A stretch of 64,000 nt of DNA, taken from the NCBI GenBank assembly GCA_964433165.1, contig CAYSQH010000001.1:5823-69822 (forward strand), written 5' to 3'. Under the pieces are notes generated by a model, which was not told the origin of the DNA, ran no database searches, and saw nothing but the letters and a program-made list of their open reading frames with translations. Below, piece by piece: positions 60,731 to 64,000 of the stretch. The position numbers and the translations under genes were made by a program. Source of the DNA: Candidatus Micrarchaeota archaeon (GTDB taxonomy: Archaea; Micrarchaeota; Micrarchaeia; Micrarchaeales; Micrarchaeaceae). The stretch's first letter is position 1. Each line of letters begins with the position of its first letter.

Positions 60731-62032
60731 TCAAAACTTTGAGAACCTTCTCCTCAGGCTCCTGTCATTCTTCATCGTGTCGAATATTTTCCTCATCTTG
60801 TTGAATTCCGATATTAACCCGTTCACCTCCTTTTCCGTTGCCCCGCTCCCAGATGCTATCCTTGATATCCTGGAGTGGTTGTGGAGAAGGCGCTCGTTCT
60901 TCCGTTCCTCTTTCGTCATCGACGATATTATGATCTTGTATCTCTTGAGCTTCTCCTCGCCCTGTTCAAGCATGTCCTTGGGCACGTCAGGCGCGCCGGC
61001 CATCCCGAGTATGTTCTTCAAAGGACCCATGCTTCCCATCGCCTTGAGCTGCGAATAGAAGGTCTCGAAGTTCAGCTCGTCCGATTCGAGCTCCTCAAGC
61101 CTCATGCCGGATTCCTTTATCGCGGTCTGGACGTGCTCCACTAGGGATTTTATGTCAGGCACGCCGAGGAGCCCGCCGATGAATTTGTCGGAATCGAACG
61201 GCTCTATGCTGCCCAGTTTCTCCCCTGTGCCTATGAACATCACCTGCGCATGCGCCGCGGCCGCGGCGGAAAGGGCGCCGCCGCCCTTGCCGGAGCCATC
61301 CATCTTTGTTATTATAACTCCGGAGATTTTCACGCTCCTGTCGAATTCCCTTGCCTGCCTTCCGGCTATCTGCCCCGCATCAGCACTGACCACGAGTATC
61401 TTCTCGTCAGGAGCGGAGCTCGCCGCTACCGCTTTCAGTTCCGTTGTCAGCTGGTCGTCAAGGGCGTTCCTGCCGCTAGTGTCGAATATCACTACCTGCT
61501 TGTCCTTGAACTTCTCCGACGCCTTTTTCGCAATGTCAGCCGCATCCGTGCTGTTCTCTATCCCGAAGAATGCCACATTGGCCTGGCTGGCTAGGGTCTC
61601 AAGCTGCCTGTATGCTGCTGGTCTCGTGACGTCGCAGCATACGACCGCCGCGCTCAGACCCCTGTCCTGGTAGAACTTCGCCAGCTTCGCGGCCATGGTT
61701 GTCTTTCCAGATCCGTACAGGCCCATGAGGAGTATCCGGTGCACAGCGAGCTTCGGCACGTATTTCGGGCCGACCATCCTGAGAAGCCCATCGTAAACAA
61801 GGTTCGTTATGTAATCCTTATGGCTCAGGCCCTTCGGCGGCTTGCTTCTGAGCGCTGCATCCTCTATCCCTTTCGTGAACTCTAGCACTAGCTTTACCTC
61901 AACGTCGGAGCTAAGGAGTATCTTCTGCAGCTCCTTATTGAATTCCTTTATGGTTGCGGCATCGATTATCGTGGCGCGCGTAAGCTTCGCTATGGCCTTT
62001 CTGAGACCTTCCCCTAGGTCCATTACTATCAT
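60731..62032 (-). CDS. srp54: signal recognition particle protein SRP54
   Basis: GLYGSGKTTMAAKLA, DTSGR and TKMDG, plus a Met-rich M domain. Confidence 0.95.
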   Translation of the reverse strand: MIVMDLGEGLRKAIAKLTRATIIDAATIKEFNKELQKILLSSDVEVKLVLEFTKGIEDAALRSKPPKGLSHKDYITNLVYDGLLRMVGPKYVPKLAVHRILLMGLYGSGKTTMAAKLAKFYQDRGLSAAVVCCDVTRPAAYRQLETLASQANVAFFGIENSTDAADIAKKASEKFKDKQVVIFDTSGRNALDDQLTTELKAVAASSAPDEKILVVSADAGQIAGRQAREFDRSVKISGVIITKMDGSGKGGGALSAAAAAHAQVMFIGTGEKLGSIEPFDSDKFIGGLLGVPDIKSLVEHVQTAIKESGMRLEELESDELNFETFYSQLKAMGSMGPLKNILGMAGAPDVPKDMLEQGEEKLKRYKIIISSMTKEERKNERLLHNHSRISRIASGSGATEKEVNGLISEFNKMRKIFDTMKNDRSLRRRFSKF

Positions 62033-62074
62033 TTAAATATAGGATGCGCATCTATATATTCTTGCGGTGGTTCC

Positions 62075-63202
62075 TTGAAGCTTGTAATAGCGCAGTCGAA
62101 TCTGACGCTAAAGGGCGGCGCGGAGCGCGTTCTGCTCAAGATCGCGGAGCGCTACAAGGCAAAGATATACACCGCGGAATACGACCCAACAAATACCTTC
62201 GAGGGCTTCAAGGACCTGGAGGTGGAGGTAATAGGCAAGAAATATGGGATATTGCCATATGGCCGGGCGGCACAGGGCCTCAACTACGGCTTATCCTTCT
62301 ACAATCTAACGCTGAAGGATGATTACGACGTGATAAACCCTCACATGGCGCCAAGCCACTGGATACGCAACCATAACGAAAGGGTACTGTGGTACTGCCA
62401 TACGCCCCTAAGGGACATATACGACCTTTACCATTACAGACTGTCATTGAAGAAGCTGCACCAGAAGCCGGTCCACATAATAGGCGCAAGGGTCGTGCGC
62501 GGCATGGACCAGAAGGTAACCAAAAGGATAGAGACGATAGTGGCGAACAGCTACAACACGCGCTCGAGAGTCGTTAAATACTACAACAGGCCCGACGCGA
62601 CGGTGCTTGGGGGCGGCGTCGAGTACGAGAAGTTCAGGCACGGCAGCGACGATAAGTATTTCCTTTATCCGTCGAGGATAAGCCCGAACAAGAGGCAGGA
62701 CTACGCGATACGCGCATTCAGCATCTTCAAGAGGCAGGTGAAGGGATACAGGCTGGTGCTTGTCGGCGCGGTATCAAAGGACAGGTTCTACCATAATTAC
62801 TACAAGAATGTAGCCGCGCTGGCCAAGGCTGTTGGGGACGTTGATATTATAACCGATGCCGATGAGAAAAGGCTTAGGGGGCTGTACGCCAACTGCACAG
62901 CAGTGCTCTACACGCCCATGAACGAGGATTATGGTCTGGTCCCCCTTGAGGGCATGTCCAGCGGCAAGCCGATAATAGGGGTAAGGGAAGGCGGCATAAA
63001 GGAAACCGTGGAGGACGGAGAAACCGGGATGCTTGTAGACAGCATAGATGGTATGGGGAACGCAATGGCGGAGATCGCGGGGAACCCAAAGATTGCAGAG
63101 GCGATGGGGAGGAAAGGCAGGAAAAGGGTCGTTAAGCACTACTCCTGGGCTAGGTTTTTCAAGGAGTTCGACAAGATCCTCAGAAGCGTGAAGAGAGGCT
63201 GA
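62075..63202 (+). CDS. glycosyltransferase, GT4 (group 1) family
   Basis: GGAERVLL at the N-terminus and EDYGLVPLEGMSSGKPIIGVREGGIKETVEDGETGMLV (the E-x7-E region). The start codon is TTG. Confidence 0.85.
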   Translation: MKLVIAQSNLTLKGGAERVLLKIAERYKAKIYTAEYDPTNTFEGFKDLEVEVIGKKYGILPYGRAAQGLNYGLSFYNLTLKDDYDVINPHMAPSHWIRNHNERVLWYCHTPLRDIYDLYHYRLSLKKLHQKPVHIIGARVVRGMDQKVTKRIETIVANSYNTRSRVVKYYNRPDATVLGGGVEYEKFRHGSDDKYFLYPSRISPNKRQDYAIRAFSIFKRQVKGYRLVLVGAVSKDRFYHNYYKNVAALAKAVGDVDIITDADEKRLRGLYANCTAVLYTPMNEDYGLVPLEGMSSGKPIIGVREGGIKETVEDGETGMLVDSIDGMGNAMAEIAGNPKIAEAMGRKGRKRVVKHYSWARFFKEFDKILRSVKRG

Positions 63203-63218
63203 GCCAGCTGTTAGCGGA

Positions 63219-63551
63219 TTACTTCGGCTTGTCAGAGTTCAGGGATATGACGTATTTTGATATTACCTTCGAGGCGTAGTCAAGCACTTTCTTTATGTTC
63301 GCCTCAGTGCTGGTCCCGGTGCATATCATCTTCCCGTTCTTGAAGAGTATTATTACGGCTTTTGGCTCCTGTATCCTGAATATAGCGCCAGGGAATTGCT
63401 CAGGCTCATAATCGACCGCCTTTACCTCCTTCGAGAGGGCGTACAGGTCTATAGTAGCATGAAGGTCCGCACTAACCACGATGTTCTGTATCTTTATCGG
63501 CGGCGATTTTATCGGCCCGCCGAGGCCGCCTTTCTTTGCCGTCAGCAACAC
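63219..63551 (-). CDS. single-repeat TATA-binding-protein (TBP) domain protein
   Basis: The 110-aa protein reads [71 protein letters not shown]. This is collinear with one TBP repeat (remembered P. woesei repeat 2: [55 protein letters not shown]). The start is GTG at 63551. Confidence 0.8.
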   Translation of the reverse strand: [110 protein letters not shown]

Positions 63552-63577
63552 CTTACGTTATTATTGTACCAGAAAGC

Positions 63578-63585
63578 TTTATATA
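63578..63585 (-). promoter_or_regulatory. TATA box (TATATAAA) of the single-repeat TBP gene
   Basis: The plus-strand tttatata lies 27 nt upstream of the GTG start, which implies a leaderless or near-leaderless transcript. Confidence 0.55.
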
Positions 63586-63659
63586 GGGATGTTAGCGGGC
63601 GCAGAACAGGCATCATGGCATGGTTTTATAAGATTTCGACGGCATTCCTATGCATATAT

Positions 63660-64000
63660 ATGAACGGCAGGGTTTCGATAATTGGCGCGGGCCTGGTCGG
63701 CCTATGCCTCGCAAAAGACCTCGCAGAGCGCGGGATAGAGGTCGACGTCTTCGATTCTAAGAGTGATGTGTCCGAGGGGGCGGCCAGAGCCTCCGGGATC
63801 TTCTCAGCAAGCGGCATGGAAAGGGTAGGGATAGAACCAGGGGAATCAATGCTCAATACGCTGGATGGCGCCTTCGTTCATGCCGGCGGGGAAAGGCTCA
63901 GGGTCAAGTCCGGAAGAACCATGGCCTACGTTGCCGACAGAGGCATGCTCGCGAAGATATGCAAGAGAAATGCGGAGGATGCAGGGGCCAGGATTAACCT
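63660..64000 (+). CDS. FAD-dependent oxidoreductase (geranylgeranyl reductase-like), 3' end outside the window
   Basis: Manual translation gives MNGRVSIIGAGLVGLCLAKDLAERGIEVDVFDSK (the GxGxxG-...-D dinucleotide fold). The frame is open to the window edge. Confidence 0.65.
   Translation, partial: MNGRVSIIGAGLVGLCLAKDLAERGIEVDVFDSKSDVSEGAARASGIFSASGMERVGIEPGESMLNTLDGAFVHAGGERLRVKSGRTMAYVADRGMLAKICKRNAEDAGARIN

Overview
This is a gene-dense archaeal chromosome segment. G+C looks a little above 50% by eye, and AUA-Ile and AGG/AGA-Arg codons are heavily used. The lineage is not determinable from here; a small-genome DPANN- or Thermoplasmata-like archaeon is only an inference. Most of the window is information-processing housekeeping. 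That includes fibrillarin, GluRS/MetRS/HisRS/CysRS, Rpo7-Spt4, aIF5A/aIF1A/aIF2beta/aEF1beta, ribosomal proteins S24e-S27ae, S8e, L10e, L37ae and L41e, MCM, Orc1/Cdc6, Rad50 and SecY. It also includes SRP54 plus SRP RNA, tRNA-Ser, an intron-containing tRNA-Arg, and the classical RNase P-proteasome-SBDS-exosome superoperon. A division cluster (SepF plus two tandem FtsZ genes) is present. I added several genes missing from the ORF track: the edge-truncated histidine kinase, S27ae, a Zn-ribbon next to aEF1beta, L41e, a DUF5320-like ORF and the RNA genes. There is no CRISPR array, no intact mobile element and no classical defence island. The most interesting observations are these. (1) A stand-alone 110-aa protein made of a single TBP repeat, with its own TATA box. 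(2) A homolog of the eukaryotic PHPT1/Janus phosphohistidine phosphatase, in a window that also encodes an orphan multi-sensor histidine kinase. (3) secY displaced into an operon with an exported CxxC thioredoxin-like (DUF929-type) protein, a CGC-containing membrane protein and a double V4R protein. (4) A small protein ending in a ribosomal P-stalk-like tail. (5) An AT-rich ORF-free island with a C12 tract, a 40-bp tandem duplication and a possible IS200-type transposase relic. (6) A tmk gene with no canonical start codon upstream of its P-loop, and an L41e-like ORF whose family-conserved N-terminal KWKKKG segment lies upstream of its first ATG (a CTG and an ATA are the only in-frame candidates). 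All homology calls come from reading the translations and recalling family motifs. No database searches were run.
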